DNA of 64,000 bases from Nitrospiraceae bacterium (GTDB lineage Bacteria > Nitrospirota > Nitrospiria > Nitrospirales > Nitrospiraceae): NCBI GenBank assembly GCA_050246315.1, contig JBFWWG010000001.1, positions 256,001-320,000 of the forward strand, in the 5' to 3' direction. Below the pieces are notes generated by a model. It was not told the DNA's origin. It did no database searches and worked only from the letters and a program-made list of their open reading frames with translations. The position numbers and the translations under genes are program-made. Below, in pieces: positions 44,392-54,673 of this stretch. Every line of letters begins with the position of its first letter. Position 1 is the first letter of the stretch.

Positions 44392-45243
44392 ATGTTCACC
44401 ATGGGCTGTAAACCAACAAACGTGTTCCTGTCGGAACTGATGATGGTCGCCGGGCAGTCCGGTTGTGCGTTCACACATCAGAGGCCAACAGGTTCGGCAA
44501 CACCGGTGGATCAACCGGAAACCATCGGTCTGGTGCTGATCCTGGCTTCGGAGGAGAACAGCCTCTCCGTACCAGAGGTGAGGCAAACACAGGGTGCCGC
44601 AGTCAGAGGCATGGTACAGGGCTTTGGGCAGGGTTTGGTGTAGGGCTTGTGGTGCGGCCTCTATTTTTATGTTTGCTCACCGGCCCTTGCTGTCGGTGGT
44701 GCGGTCCTCGGCGGAGGCATCGGCTGGAGCTATGAGGCCTTGACGACAGAGCCGTCGGAGGCGGTGTCCGCACTGAACCGCGTGCTCGTCGACCTCAACG
44801 TTGATGAGGTTGTCCTGGATCATCTCAGCTCCCAGGCAAGAGGGCAGGGCTACTCACTCACTTCTCTCCCGCCTCAACCTGGACTTGCGTCAATCGACGT
44901 CTCCGAATATCGACCCCTGGCGAAACGGGGAATCGGTACGGTCCTTGAGGTATGCAGGCCGACGATTGAGCTCCAGAAAGGAGTCACACGCCGCCGACTG
45001 GTCATGTCCGTGAATATCAGGTTGATTCGCACAGCGGATGGCATGGTATTCGGTGTAAGCCGCCTCGCCGATGACGAAGGCGGGACGAGGACGCTCGCCG
45101 CCTGGGCCGACCACGATGCCGCTGCGTTTCGTGAGGAGATCAGCCGGGCCGCACGGCGCCTTGCGCAGCAAATCGTCAAAGAGGTTGGTGTCGAACGAAC
45201 ATTATCGCCGGTTCGGAGCTCCGAGGTAGCCAGTACCCGCTGA
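44392..45243 (+). pseudogene. Lipoprotein-like gene interrupted by an in-frame TAG
   Basis: ORFs 44392-44643 and 44647-45243 share a frame, separated only by TAG 44641-44643; RBS AGGAGG. Confidence 0.6.
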
Positions 45244-45566
45244 TTGAGATGGTTTTGGCCGTGGCGCCAAGCAGAGGATTCTCCTCGCAGCCGGATCAGA
45301 ATGGCCGAGGCTGAATGGGCGCGCCTTTCCATGACGGCCGGACAAAGGGACTGCCCCACCACAAGTCTCGCCACATTTTTCCCACTTCCCTGAACGAGAC
45401 GACTCTCCCTATGAATGACGGTTCATAGTTTCCTCAGACTTTATCGAGCATCTGTGCCATAACGGCGCCTCCCAACCTCCTCATCTTCCTCGCTGAGCCC
45501 GCTAAGGCACCGGACATGAAGCGGTCTGCCGGAACAGATTTCCGCTGATCAGCATCCCGTCCGACC

Positions 45567-45582
45567 GGGCACGGTGCTTGCC
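45567..45582 (+). promoter_or_regulatory. Sigma-54 promoter
   Basis: GGGCACGGTGCTTGCC (GG-N10-GC) ~40 bp before the ATG. Confidence 0.6.
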
Positions 45583-45623
45583 CATGTCCGTCGGCAGGCG
45601 ATGTCTCTCACCCAAGGGAGGAC

Positions 45624-47537
45624 ATGATGAAAAGGCACTGGCTGGCCACTCTCACATTCCTACTGGCAACCACCGCGGCGGTTCATCTTCTATCGGCCGC
45701 CGAACAAATCGAGCAGCATTGTTTGGGATTGCTATGGTGTACGGAACGGGCGGGTGAATCCGTGTCAACGGACGGGTTGCTCTGGCTTTATACGTCTGAA
45801 GAACGAGCCACCTACTCTCGATTGGCATTCCGTCCTCTCTATTCGATGGAGGAAGACCCGACCCGCGACCTTCTGCGTCGCAGCGTCTTGTGGCCGCTCG
45901 GCACGTACGAGCGCGACGGCGACCGCGTACGGTCCCATGTTTTTCCTCTTTTCTGGCACGCACAAGATGCTGGGACGACATTCACCTTCACCGTCCCGTT
46001 CTATCTCAAGGCGATCGACGGGGACAGTTCATGGCACCATCTGTTCCCCTTGTTCAGTCGCCACGTTGTCGGTGACTACTATGCGAGAAACTTCTGGCTC
46101 GGGCCTCTGTTGATGACGACCAGCGACACCCGTACCGACCTGTCGCGATGGGATTTCTTGTTCCCTCTCGGCCACCATAGTGAGGATCTTTCATTCTCCC
46201 AGACACGGTTTGCCCCGCTGTATTGGGCCGGCGAAGACCGGACGAACGGCGATTCCTATCGTTATGTGCTTCCGTTCTACGGTTCGTCGGAAAGCGAGAC
46301 ACAGCGATACCATTTCGTTTTTCCCTTCTACGGCAGGCTCGATGACTCGTCTGCTCAGGTCAACCGGTTCTCCCTGTTGGGCCTCCCGCCGATGAAGGGC
46401 TTCACTACGGCGCCTTCCCTATCGCTGGTCGAACATGCGACCACGGCCACCGGGACCAGTCATCGCATCTTCCCACTGTACCGCTATCTCGTGGAATCGA
46501 CTGACGACCGCACCTTCGATGTCCTTCTGCTGTACAGTCACCAGACCACCTCGTCCGCCAGCACCGATCGGTTCTTCCCGTTGTATCGTTATGAGCACAA
46601 TGGCGATGACCAAACTCATGAGTTCGGTCTGCTCGGCTATCGCGAGGCGTCTTGGTTTCGCTATCAGGACAGCCCGAGCGGGAATCAGCATCGACTCCTG
46701 GGCCTGTACAGTTACGACCGGAGCCGAGAAGACTCTTGGCAGTTCTCGCTACTAGGCTATCAAGCGGGATCTCTTTACATCCATCGCAGCCAGGCCGATC
46801 TCACCCAAGATCGACTGGTGCCGTTCCATGATTACGTCCGAACTGGTGAGACCAGTTCGCTTTCACTGCTGGGCATCTCCGAAGTCTCGCTCTATAGGAA
46901 CGAGTCCGGTCCTTCGCTCCGTCGTCATCGGCTCTTTCCTCTCTATACCTTCCATCATCACTCGTCCCTAGCGACCACTCGAGCGAGCGTCCTCTTCGCG
47001 TACCAACACGAGGAATCACCCGCTCAATACATCGACCGTTTGATCCCGCTTTGGCAATATGACCAGCGGTATGACCAAGACAAGGCCAGGCTGAATGCCC
47101 TGGGGATCGGACCCTTTTCCCTCTATGAACATGTCACCCAATCGTCGGGAACCTCTGACCGGTTCTTCCCTTTCTACAAGTACGTTTCGAACATCGAGAC
47201 CGATGACGTGGAATTGGCCATCCTTTGGCCATTGGCAGAGTATCGAAGCCGAGAGGACACCGTCACGTCGGCCAGTCTCTTATGGTGGCTGGCTTCATAT
47301 GAGCGTTCTGATGCGGAGCATGCTGATTTTCATCTGCTCGGCGGTCCGACAATGGCGCTGGTCCGCCGAGTGGTCTCTCCGCGCGAGTCGGTGTTCGAAT
47401 TGAATCCGGTCATTCCGCTGTACCGCTACCGACACGAAGCTGATGGAGATTCGTCATGGGACATCCTTGGCGGCGTCTTGGGGATGGAGACGACACCTCA
47501 AGAGACACGATTTGAACTCTTCTGGATGTCTCTCTAA
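45624..47537 (+). CDS. Secreted aromatic-rich repeat protein of unknown function
   Basis: Signal peptide; many (F/L)xP(L/F)(Y/F) repeats spaced ~15-20 aa. Confidence 0.75.
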   Translation: MMKRHWLATLTFLLATTAAVHLLSAAEQIEQHCLGLLWCTERAGESVSTDGLLWLYTSEERATYSRLAFRPLYSMEEDPTRDLLRRSVLWPLGTYERDGDRVRSHVFPLFWHAQDAGTTFTFTVPFYLKAIDGDSSWHHLFPLFSRHVVGDYYARNFWLGPLLMTTSDTRTDLSRWDFLFPLGHHSEDLSFSQTRFAPLYWAGEDRTNGDSYRYVLPFYGSSESETQRYHFVFPFYGRLDDSSAQVNRFSLLGLPPMKGFTTAPSLSLVEHATTATGTSHRIFPLYRYLVESTDDRTFDVLLLYSHQTTSSASTDRFFPLYRYEHNGDDQTHEFGLLGYREASWFRYQDSPSGNQHRLLGLYSYDRSREDSWQFSLLGYQAGSLYIHRSQADLTQDRLVPFHDYVRTGETSSLSLLGISEVSLYRNESGPSLRRHRLFPLYTFHHHSSLATTRASVLFAYQHEESPAQYIDRLIPLWQYDQRYDQDKARLNALGIGPFSLYEHVTQSSGTSDRFFPFYKYVSNIETDDVELAILWPLAEYRSREDTVTSASLLWWLASYERSDAEHADFHLLGGPTMALVRRVVSPRESVFELNPVIPLYRYRHEADGDSSWDILGGVLGMETTPQETRFELFWMSL

Positions 47538-47589
47538 GCAACCGCCGCCACAGTTCCGCTTGTCCGGTCCGACGCGATGGACGAGCTGT

Positions 47590-47745
47590 CTAGAGCCTCG
47601 CCCACTGCAGGAGAGTAATGGACACCCCGATTCGATGCCGGGCACCCAATGCGGTTTGCTCCAAGCCACGGGTCGAACATGCAATGGGTCCAACGCGCGG
47701 CATCTCAACGGTTTCGTCGCGCATTCTCGTGAATAATGCGGGCTA
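47590..47745. mobile_element. Truncated family-A element (right TIR only)
   Basis: TCGTGAATAATGCGGGCTA at 47727-47745; interior blocks shared with other copies. Confidence 0.55.
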
Positions 47746-47790
47746 GCAGTTTCGATCACGGGAACAGTTTCTGAGCTTGCCTAGTCCGTC

Positions 47791-48099
47791 CTACCGATTC
47801 TCGGGCGGAATCGTTCTGATCTTTGCTGAAAACTTCACGCGTTCCGCCGCGCCGACCGGCCTGTGTTTGACGGTTGTGCTTACCGGGTCCTTCCCAAGAT
47901 AGTTGTCACCCTTCCAGTTCTTTGACGGTCTGATAGGTCTAGGGACGAAGCCACCCCCACAGTTCGGGCAGACATTGCCCAGCACGTGATCGACACAGGC
48001 GGCGCAGAACGTACATTCATAAGAGCAGATTCTTGCCTCGGTCGAGTTGGGCGGCAGGGCCTTGTCGCAAGGCTCGCAAGTCGGTCTGAGGTCCAGCAC
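47791..48099 (-). CDS. DUF1272 family Cys-rich protein
   Basis: LRPTCE.C, ICSYECTFC..C, CPNCGG. Confidence 0.88.
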   Translation of the reverse strand: MLDLRPTCEPCDKALPPNSTEARICSYECTFCAACVDHVLGNVCPNCGGGFVPRPIRPSKNWKGDNYLGKDPVSTTVKHRPVGAAERVKFSAKIRTIPPENR

Positions 48100-48110
48100 G
48101 AGCTTTCCTT

Positions 48111-49118
48111 TTATCGTTTCGCCATATGGCGATCATTCGTCGATGCTCGGCTGCGAGCCGATTTTGATTGAGTGCGAAATCGAGCCGGCGGGAGGCCGAA
48201 CTCGCGTTTGAAGGCACGGTTGAAAGACGGCTCTGATTCATAGCCAACCTCAGCGGCGATCTCGTTCACGCCACGGCTCGTGGAGGTGAGCAGTTGCGCG
48301 CCAAGTCGGAGCCGCCATCCGGTGAGGTAGGCGATGGGCGTCTCCGAGAGATACCGTTGAAACCGCTCCGCCAAGACGGACCGTGAGATGCCGACCTCGT
48401 TCGCGAGTGAGGCAATCGTCCAGGGATGAGCGGGTTTCCGATGCAAGAGCGCCAGAGCTTTTCCGACTTCCGGGTCGCGAACACCGGCCAACCATCCGGT
48501 CTGTTCCTCCGGAAGCTGCGCGATATATCGTCGCAGCGCTTCGATGAACAAGGCTTCGGACAACTTGGCGAGCACGGCCTCGCCGCCAGGGCCGGAGACT
48601 CCGGGATGGTTGACCGAATAACGAAGGGTGTCTTCCAGCCATTGTCCCGATGCGTTGTCCCGGATATTGATCGTGACGATCGGAGGCAGCCCGGCCAAGA
48701 ACACTCGACTCAGTTGGGGGTCCAATGTCAGGTAGCCGCAGATCAGTTTCGTGAGTTCTCCGCCTCCGCCACATTGTGACAGCAACCGTCGATCGGCAAG
48801 GGCCAATTGGAGTTGCTTGGAGCTGTCGACCGGTGTCACTGGCGGACCATTCCCCATCAGATGCGCGTCACCGTGAGGAAACATGACGATGTCTCCGGCC
48901 ACCAGGGAGGTCGGACGACCATCCTGCCCGATGCGAGCATGGGCGCGCCCCTCGGTAATGAGATGAAAAATAATCACATGGCTGGAATGGGCGGACAGAT
49001 ATGACGCCATGGTAGGGGAGTCCGGTTCCTGCATGCACCATGGCGAGGAGTATTCGCCATTGAAGAACAGCGCCCCGTCGAGTTTCACGGCTTTCAACAC
49101 TTCCGAGAGCACATCCAT
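48111..49118 (-). CDS. AraC family regulator with N-terminal cupin
   Basis: MDVLSEVL, GDIVMFPHGDAH, WTIASLA, VGYESE.SFNRAFKR. Confidence 0.92.
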   Translation of the reverse strand: MDVLSEVLKAVKLDGALFFNGEYSSPWCMQEPDSPTMASYLSAHSSHVIIFHLITEGRAHARIGQDGRPTSLVAGDIVMFPHGDAHLMGNGPPVTPVDSSKQLQLALADRRLLSQCGGGGELTKLICGYLTLDPQLSRVFLAGLPPIVTINIRDNASGQWLEDTLRYSVNHPGVSGPGGEAVLAKLSEALFIEALRRYIAQLPEEQTGWLAGVRDPEVGKALALLHRKPAHPWTIASLANEVGISRSVLAERFQRYLSETPIAYLTGWRLRLGAQLLTSTSRGVNEIAAEVGYESEPSFNRAFKREFGLPPARFRTQSKSARSRASTNDRHMAKR

Positions 49119-49317
49119 CGCGGGCCCCTGGCAGGCAAGACACGTCTGCTAAACGATCCGGACGCTCGGCAAAACGATCACGTAGCTTAGCATCCTCCTG
49201 ATAAGAGAGCCAGACGCGCGGATAAGACGCCGGACGGTCGACTTCGTATAGTACACGCGGAAACGACGCGGCATACAGAGCCACGGTGTCAACCACCCAC
49301 TTCAAGGAGGCAGAGTT

Positions 49318-50139
49318 ATGGTTATCCAGGCGGCGCTCCCGGAAACGAACAGCCTCAAGGCTCGACTGAAACAGATCTGGACGGCCGGGGATTACGATCG
49401 GTTCTCGCGTTACCTCGAAGGCAGCGCCAGAGAATTTTATGAACGACTCGCCATTGCTCCCGGCTCCAGGTTGCTGGACATCGGTTGCGGCTCCGGTCAG
49501 CTCGCGCTCATGGCAGCCAAGGACGGGGTGGCCGTCACCGGCGTGGATATCGCCGGCAATTTGGTGGAGCGGGCAAGGGCGCGCGCAAGAGCCGAAGGAT
49601 TGACGGCTCACTTCGAAGAAGCCGATGCGGAGGCGCTCCCATTCGAGGACGCGAGCTTCGATGTCGTGGCGAGCCTCATCGGCGCCATGTTCGCGCCACG
49701 GCCTGAACTCGTCGCGAAGGAACTGCTGCGCGTCTGTGTGCCGGGTGGAACCATTGCGATGGCGAATTGGACGCCGCAGGGTTTCGTCGGCCAGATGTTC
49801 AAGGCCGTCTCGAAATTCATCGCGCCGTCCGGTATGCCGTCGCCCACTTTGTGGGGTGATCCGCACACGGTTCGAGAGCGACTCGGAAAGGGATTATCCG
49901 ACCTGCAGATGACCAGGCGGACCTACACGTTCAGCTATCCGTTTCCCCCCGCGGAAGTGGTCGAGCTCTTCCGCCTCTACTATGGACCGACCAACCAGGC
50001 CTTCGCCGAGATCGATGCCGACGATCAGGACCGGCTCCGCAGGGAACTGGTCGAACTCTGGGCTTCACAAAACCGGGGCGGACGCGACACGACGACGGTC
50101 TTCGCAGAATATCTCGAAGTGATCGGCATTCGGGCGTAA
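49318..50139 (+). CDS. Class I SAM-dependent methyltransferase
   Basis: LLDIGCGSG, DAEALPFEDASFD, GAMFAP. Confidence 0.92.
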   Translation: MVIQAALPETNSLKARLKQIWTAGDYDRFSRYLEGSAREFYERLAIAPGSRLLDIGCGSGQLALMAAKDGVAVTGVDIAGNLVERARARARAEGLTAHFEEADAEALPFEDASFDVVASLIGAMFAPRPELVAKELLRVCVPGGTIAMANWTPQGFVGQMFKAVSKFIAPSGMPSPTLWGDPHTVRERLGKGLSDLQMTRRTYTFSYPFPPAEVVELFRLYYGPTNQAFAEIDADDQDRLRRELVELWASQNRGGRDTTTVFAEYLEVIGIRA

Positions 50140-50178
50140 CCGACGCTGACAACAGCGCCGAACTAGAGGAGGGACACC

Positions 50179-51396
50179 ATGACACCATCGAATACACGGA
50201 TGAACGACGCCGGCATGCAGGAGAGAGCCGGTCTGTCCAGGCGGGACTTTCTCGTCAGAGGAGGCTCAGCGCTGGCCCTATTGGCGATGATCGATTCTCC
50301 ACTGTTTGCGCGGATGGCCGGTGCGGCGGATGACGGAGAAATCATCCCGTTTCTGGACCGGCCGCCCGCCCCGCCGGACGCGGCTGTCAAAGCGTACGGG
50401 GAACTGAACCGACTGGACTGGCAGCAGTTGACCCAGTGGATCACGCCGAATGATCAGTTCTTCACCGTGAGCCATTACAACCGTCCGGTGATCCGGCCGG
50501 AAGAGTACAAGCTCGAGCTGACCGGCCTGGTAAGAAATCCCAAGACCTTCTCCCTTGCTGAGTTGAAACGGCGTCCGCGGCAAGAAGTCGTCTTCACTCT
50601 CGAATGTGCAGGCAATCACGGATTCGAGTGGTTCACCGGCGGCATCGGCACCGCCAAATGGGCTGGGACGCCGCTTGCGCCGCTGCTGCAGGAGGCCGGT
50701 CTGAAGCCGGAGGGTCTGGAGGTCATCTTCTTCGGCGCGGATGCGGGAGAGGAGGAGGTGCGGAACGTCAAGATGCGCCAGGAGTTCAGCCGCAGCTTGT
50801 CGGTGCCTGACGCCCTGCGCCCAGACGTGCTGCTGTGTTACGAAATGAATGGCGAACCGCTGCCGCAAGAGCACGGTTTTCCGGTCCGGCTCATCGTGCC
50901 GGGCTGGTACGGAGTGGCGAACGTGAAGTGGCTGTCACGAGTCGAGGTCACGGACAGGCGGTGGGCCGGCCGGTTCATGACGCGCGACTATGTGACGATT
51001 CGTGAGGAGGGACGCCCCGACGGCAAAACGGTCTGGACGCAAAAAGTCGTGGGGCCGGCGCGCGTCAAGTCCGTGACGGCGCGGGTCGTCCTTCGAGGCG
51101 GCCATTATCAGATCGAGGGCGCGGCCTGGGGAGGACCGATCGACCGGGTCGAAGTCCGGGTGGATAACGGACCCTGGCTTCCCGCCACTATCACGCGCGG
51201 CAACGAGCAAGACTTCGCCTGGAAGTTTTGGACTCTCAACTGGACCGGCATCACTCATGGCGAACATACCATCACATCACGGGCTGTGGATCGGCTTGGC
51301 AACGTCCAGCCTGCCGCGGATGATCCGTACTTGAAGAAGAAACACACCTACTGGGAGAGCAACGGACAGATCACCAGGCGGATCCGGATCGCCTAA
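50179..51396 (+). CDS. Tat-exported sulfite oxidase-family molybdoenzyme
   Basis: SRRDFL Tat motif, LECAGN Mo-ligating Cys, HGFPVRL.VPGWYG..NVKWL, dimerisation domain. Confidence 0.9.
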   Translation: MTPSNTRMNDAGMQERAGLSRRDFLVRGGSALALLAMIDSPLFARMAGAADDGEIIPFLDRPPAPPDAAVKAYGELNRLDWQQLTQWITPNDQFFTVSHYNRPVIRPEEYKLELTGLVRNPKTFSLAELKRRPRQEVVFTLECAGNHGFEWFTGGIGTAKWAGTPLAPLLQEAGLKPEGLEVIFFGADAGEEEVRNVKMRQEFSRSLSVPDALRPDVLLCYEMNGEPLPQEHGFPVRLIVPGWYGVANVKWLSRVEVTDRRWAGRFMTRDYVTIREEGRPDGKTVWTQKVVGPARVKSVTARVVLRGGHYQIEGAAWGGPIDRVEVRVDNGPWLPATITRGNEQDFAWKFWTLNWTGITHGEHTITSRAVDRLGNVQPAADDPYLKKKHTYWESNGQITRRIRIA

Positions 51397-51493
51397 GAGG
51401 CGTGGAAGCGCGACAGGAAAGGAGCGCGGAACCTGGATTTCATTCCGACGTGGTTGAGGGCTGAAAAATGAAGAGGGTGTGGGTTCAAGGCGC

Positions 51494-51643
51494 GAGCCCG
51501 CAGTATTCATGACGGTTCGTCACGTTCCACCTGTCGCTTGGGCCCGTTGCAACTGGCCGAGCAGTGGGTGCCCCGCGGGGTATCGGCCTGCCTCTCGGCA
51601 GGCAGGCGGCTGCAGGAGCAGCGTTCATAAACAAGGTGGGTTG
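51494..51643. mobile_element. Degenerate family-A element
   Basis: GAGCCCGCAGTATTCATGACGGTTCGT ... TTCATAAACAAGGTGGGTT. Confidence 0.6.
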
Positions 51644-51851
51644 GGTCTGCTATGAAATTCGAACCCTGCCGTGCGAGCGACCAATGCGGCAGATTTTGGA
51701 GTGCTTGAAGAGGGAGGTGCAACCTCTCGCCGCCACTTCGGCTTGATGAACCTCAACACAACAAACAGGGTCCGATCCTGCTCAGCGCGCTCGGCTGCCT
51801 CCGCCCCATCGGTTTTGAGCAGTCAATTGAATGATTTAGAGGTTGACCCTG

Positions 51852-53918
51852 CTACCGCGGCCGCGTGATCCCCAGTCTCTGCATTTTGGATTGGAGGGTG
51901 GTGCGCTTCATGCCGAGGCGGGCCGCCGCGCCGGCCGCGCCGCCGATCGTCCAGTTCGTCTCGCGCAGGGCCTTGAGGATGTGGTCCCGTTCCGCCTCCT
52001 CCAGCGTGGTGGGGGCGCCGTTACCGGAGGCAGGCTGGTGGGGTTTCAATTCCGAGATGGGCACGAACAGGTCCGCTCCCGCGGTGAGAATGACGGCCCT
52101 CTCGATGAAATTCTCCAGCTCTCGGATGTTGCCGGGCCACGAATAGCGTTGAAGCGTCTTCATCGCCTCGGCTGGAATCGTCTCGATCCGCTTTTTCATC
52201 CTCATGCCGAACTTCTGGACGAAGTGGCGGACGAGTATGGGAATGTCCTCGACTCGCTCCCGGAGCGGCGGCACGGTGACCGGAAAGACGTTCAGCCGAT
52301 AGTAGAGATCGCTCCGAAACTGCTGCTCCTCGACCATCTTCGCCAGGTCGCGGTTGGTGGCGGCGACGACGCGCACATCCACTCTGATCGTCCGGGTGCT
52401 GCCCAGCCGCTCGAACTCCTGCTCCTGCAACACCCGCAAGAGTTTGACTTGCAGCTCCAGCGGGATTTCCCCCACCTCGTCGAGGAAGATCGTCCCACGG
52501 TCCGCCAGCTCGAAGCGCCCGATCTTGGTGCTGATGGCCCCGGTAAAGGCCCCCTTCTCGTGTCCGAACAGCTCGCTTTCCAAAAGACCGGTCGGGATGG
52601 CGGCGCAGTTGAGCTTGACGAAGGTCCGGTCCTTCCGTTCGCCGAGATTGTGCAGCGCGCGAGCAATCAGTTCCTTGCCGCTCCCGGTTTCGCCGAGAAT
52701 CAAGACCGTGGAATCGGTCGGCGCGACCGTTTGCACCTGCTTGAGCAGCCGTTTCAGGGGCTTGCTGTCACCGACGATCTCGTCGAAGTTGTAGGCGGTC
52801 TGAATTTCCTCTTCGAGATAGAGCTTCTCCTTCGCCAGCCGGTCCTTCAGTTTCGTGATCTCCTGATAGGCGAGGGCGTTCTCCACAGCCAGCGCAACCT
52901 GGCCGGCGACCTGACTGAGGAAGTCGACGTCGGGTTCGGAAAAGGCCTCTGCGCGGCGACTCGCCAGGTTCAGACACCCGATGGCGCGGTCCCGGGATAG
53001 AAGCGGAAGAGAGCAGATCGACTTGAAGCCCTTTCCGACGAGCAACCGGACCACGTCGTGTCCGAACGTCGCGAGCTTCTCCTCCCCTACGACCACAGGA
53101 CGCTTGGTGCGCAGGGCGACCGCGGCGGGCGAGCCGGTCGCGCCGGCTGTCAGGCCTTCGGCGAGCAGACCATCGTTGTCTGGAAAATCCAACGCGTGGA
53201 GGCGTAAGCGGTCCTGCTCCCCGTCGTAGAGCACCAGGCTCGCATACTCCTGCGGGACGATCTCGCGCAGGGAGAGACTCACCGCGCTGAACAGCTCGCG
53301 CAGCTCCAGTTTTGAGACCATCGCGTTGGTCATCCGGAGCAGGAGGCCGAACCGGTCTCGCTGCCGTTCGACATCAAGCCGGGACGCCGAGGCGGCCTCC
53401 CGGTTGAGCACGTTATCCACCGCCACGGCCACTTGCCGTGCCACCTGCTGCAAGAGGTCCAGATCGGTCTTTCCATAGGCGTCGGTCTGGAGACTGGCGA
53501 ACTCCAGCACGCCAAGCCTCCGTGTTGGGCTGGTCAACGGCAGGAGGCAGCAGGATCGTATGCCGTCTTCCTGCATGAGCGCGATGACCATCGGCCACCG
53601 GCGCTCGTCCGACAGCTCTCGAATGAACAGCGGCTGCTGCGTCTCCCAGACCAGTCCGGCCGGTGTCGCATCCAGTGTGTGCTCCTGCCCGCCGATGATG
53701 TCGGCCGGCACATTGGCCTCCAGACTATGGAGGCGCATCACCTCCCGCTCCGGATCGTAGAGCGACAATGCGACGAAATTCACCGGAATGATGCGGGGCA
53801 GGCGTTGCGCCAGATCCTTCAACAGCGCGGGGAGATCCGGATGGCGGGCGATCGCCTCGGACACCTCCAGGAGGGCCTGATACTGTTCGATTATGGGATG
53901 GGATTCCTGCATGGACAT
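51852..53918 (-). CDS. FhlA-like sigma-54 activator (2 GAF + AAA+ + HTH)
   Basis: [35 protein letters not shown]. Confidence 0.95.
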   Translation of the reverse strand: MSMQESHPIIEQYQALLEVSEAIARHPDLPALLKDLAQRLPRIIPVNFVALSLYDPEREVMRLHSLEANVPADIIGGQEHTLDATPAGLVWETQQPLFIRELSDERRWPMVIALMQEDGIRSCCLLPLTSPTRRLGVLEFASLQTDAYGKTDLDLLQQVARQVAVAVDNVLNREAASASRLDVERQRDRFGLLLRMTNAMVSKLELRELFSAVSLSLREIVPQEYASLVLYDGEQDRLRLHALDFPDNDGLLAEGLTAGATGSPAAVALRTKRPVVVGEEKLATFGHDVVRLLVGKGFKSICSLPLLSRDRAIGCLNLASRRAEAFSEPDVDFLSQVAGQVALAVENALAYQEITKLKDRLAKEKLYLEEEIQTAYNFDEIVGDSKPLKRLLKQVQTVAPTDSTVLILGETGSGKELIARALHNLGERKDRTFVKLNCAAIPTGLLESELFGHEKGAFTGAISTKIGRFELADRGTIFLDEVGEIPLELQVKLLRVLQEQEFERLGSTRTIRVDVRVVAATNRDLAKMVEEQQFRSDLYYRLNVFPVTVPPLRERVEDIPILVRHFVQKFGMRMKKRIETIPAEAMKTLQRYSWPGNIRELENFIERAVILTAGADLFVPISELKPHQPASGNGAPTTLEEAERDHILKALRETNWTIGGAAGAAARLGMKRTTLQSKMQRLGITRPR

Positions 53919-54119
53919 CGTGGCCGATGCACCACGTTGCGCGCCGACGCGATCGGCGCCGGCCCATTATAGGAGGAAGGGGCTTCTTGGCGCCACCGGG
54001 CGGCGCGCATGGTCTTGCGGGTGAGCCGGCGGAGTCTGAAGGTTGCCGGATGGAGAGCGTAAGGGGCGGTGACCCGGTGGACCCGTTTCCCCCGCATCGC
54101 GTGAAGCCTACATCTTCGA

Positions 54120-54602
54120 CTACTTGATTATCTGAATGGTCCCGCCAAGATGGACGATCCGAATCGTTCCGCCTGGATCACTGTCCCCTCGATGCAAGGG
54201 GCAGAAGAATCGAAACTCTGCTCCTTGTCCTAAAGGAACGACTTGGAATTGCTCCGTGCCGAGCACGACTCGAATGGTTTCCTCCGGGGCTATCGTGACC
54301 CGCAAGGGCCTCGCATCAACCGACCCATTCTCATGGACAATCTGTTCCTCAAGGCCCTCGACGAAAAACACGTGCGTACGAGCGGTGGGGTTCTCCAGGA
54401 TGAAGCTCACTCCTCCGTTCAAATCCGTGTCCCGGTGAATCACCACCTGTTCGGGAAGCCAGGCCGCAGTGTTGTCCGGCAAGTCCATAACCGTGAAGTG
54501 GAACTCCCCGCCACGGGCATCATGTGGGTCGGCAGCAAGGAACAGGCCTGCCCAGACGGTCAACGTCCCGAGCAAGGACCATCGCGCGACGAACGTTTTC
54601 AT
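54120..54602 (-). CDS. Exported cupredoxin-like protein (nitrosocyanin-like, variant site)
   Basis: Signal peptide; NPTARTHVF and FFCPLHRGDSDPGGTI. Confidence 0.7.
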   Translation of the reverse strand: MKTFVARWSLLGTLTVWAGLFLAADPHDARGGEFHFTVMDLPDNTAAWLPEQVVIHRDTDLNGGVSFILENPTARTHVFFVEGLEEQIVHENGSVDARPLRVTIAPEETIRVVLGTEQFQVVPLGQGAEFRFFCPLHRGDSDPGGTIRIVHLGGTIQIIK

Positions 54603-54673
54603 AAGCCGATTTGCTCCTTCTGTCGGCGTGAAGTCCGCTTACCTACCGACAAGCCAACGCCGGCGGTCAGCAA

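Noticed and set aside
44641..44643. Pyrrolysine or recoded TAG
   Set aside because: No pyl genes seen, and TAG is a normal stop for many genes here
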